Below are positions 62,898-64,000 of a stretch of 64,000 nucleotides of DNA, piece after piece. Position numbers and translations under genes: made by a program. Source of the DNA: Verrucomicrobiota bacterium (GTDB lineage: Bacteria > Verrucomicrobiota > Verrucomicrobiia > Opitutales > Seribacteraceae). The notes beneath the pieces were generated by a model. It saw nothing but the letters and a program-made list of their open reading frames with translations, was not told the DNA's origin and made no database searches. Numbering within the stretch: position 1 is the stretch's first letter; each line of letters opens with the position of its first letter. The stretch covers positions 32,001-96,000 of the forward strand of contig JAQBYT010000003.1 in the NCBI GenBank assembly GCA_027622665.1, in the 5' to 3' direction.

Positions 62898-64000
62898 CTA
62901 CTTGATTTCTACTTCTAGGCGGCGGCCTTTGTCGATTTCTCCGCCAGAGAGATCACGGAGAATGTAGTAGTGATGCTGGAGCGGGAAAACACCGGAGTAA
63001 CTTCCAACGGTAAAGAGGGAATTGCGAAGTGACTTCGGGCCAATAGTGATTTTCCTTTTCCCGAAGACTTTGCCCGAAACGAAGGCGGTTTCAATTCCCT
63101 TGTGGTAGGTAAGCTTCTTTTTCAGGTCGTCCCATTTTTCGAGATAAGGAATGGTTTCCCTCGCACCCGTTTTGGTTTTCACCTCAATGGCCGTTTCGTC
63201 CACAAACTTCTTCCACTGCTTGGGACCATCGCCGTCTTTCATTAGAATGGAGTCCGGGGAGTGAAACCCGACGGATAAGACGGTTTCGTGATCCACGCTG
63301 GAAGGATCGTCCGCTTCCGCCCAAATGGCGACCCCGCGAGAAGTGGCCTCGAAACCGATCTCGAGGATGACCCCGTCCTCCAGTTCCGCCTGCAGTTCTA
63401 TCCGACCCAATTTCTCGGAGGGCTTGGGCGGGTTCTTGAAACCAACCATCTTGCGAAAGTAATAGTGGAGATCGGCCCTTGTCGACGAGTACGCATGGGT
63501 GTCTCCTCGAGGGTTAGGTTTGTTGTAATATCCGTGGTAGAACCTAAAAACAAGAGGGCGACCTTGAAGGAGCGGTTCGCTGCCGTCCTTCAGGTAAAGA
63601 TAGAAATGACCGTTTCCGTGCAGGGCTACGTCAAAGTTGGTGGACTCGAGCACGGAGTGATAACTCGCCCACTTGCCCGAACCGAGAGTGGGGAGGAGAA
63701 CCTTCCCTCTGGGTCCCGCAGTTTTCTTAACCGCCGGAGGATCAGGCGAATCGGGATCGGATGGGGCGGATGGATTTTACAGGTAACGAAAGAGGCGTTG
63801 CAGGTGGGGGAGGCACGGATGATTTCCGGGCCAACTCCTGAGACTCGAGCCTGAGATCCGACAGTTTAATGACGAAGTTTCGACCGTTCATAAAAAGCGT
63901 AACGGTCTCCGCATCTCCTCGGACGAATTTGGCCTTGATCATTCGGCCCCCACTGTTCGTCCACTCATATATCTCGGACTGAGCGAGGACGATCTGGATA
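62898..64000 (-). pseudogene. SHD1-domain secreted protein, paralogue of 33985..35787, split by a 1-nt frameshift near 63775; start lies beyond the window
   Basis: The upstream frame reads IVLAQSEIYEWTNSGGRMIKAKF (SHD1). The downstream frame is open from 63776 and aligns to the paralogue. Removing one A from GTAAAA joins them. Confidence 0.72.

Overview
About 64 kb of bacterial chromosome (~55-57% GC by eye). The gene repertoire (four Cys-type sulfatases, DUF1080, PQQ-like beta-propellers, SHD1-repeat proteins, a Trp-rich 'WFG/WIYH..LGW' domain) suggests a marine Verrucomicrobiota/Opitutales-like organism; this is inference. Recognisable blocks: sulfatase/TonB-receptor/MFS region (1-8073); a complete minus-strand urea locus (sigma54-like promoter, porin, urtABCDE, ureABCEFGD, DUF4399; 8125-20986); sufT, sppA, a VIT/vWA pair; a glcD-like/SHD1/EEP operon; a palindromic REP-like element beside a yefM-yoeB toxin-antitoxin pair; secreted hydrolases; a YHYH protein; a Tm-1-like pair with exbBD; pfkB-tmk-holB-hinT; and cysCDN. 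No rRNA, tRNA, CRISPR array or transposase was seen. Most interesting: (1) a ~1.55 kb low-GC segment bracketed by two copies of a 68-aa Trp-rich module, suggesting domain swapping among secreted proteins; (2) two paralogues of an SHD1-repeat protein sharing an unrecognised C-terminal domain, one frameshifted; (3) a TonB-dependent receptor whose barrel region is GC-mosaic.
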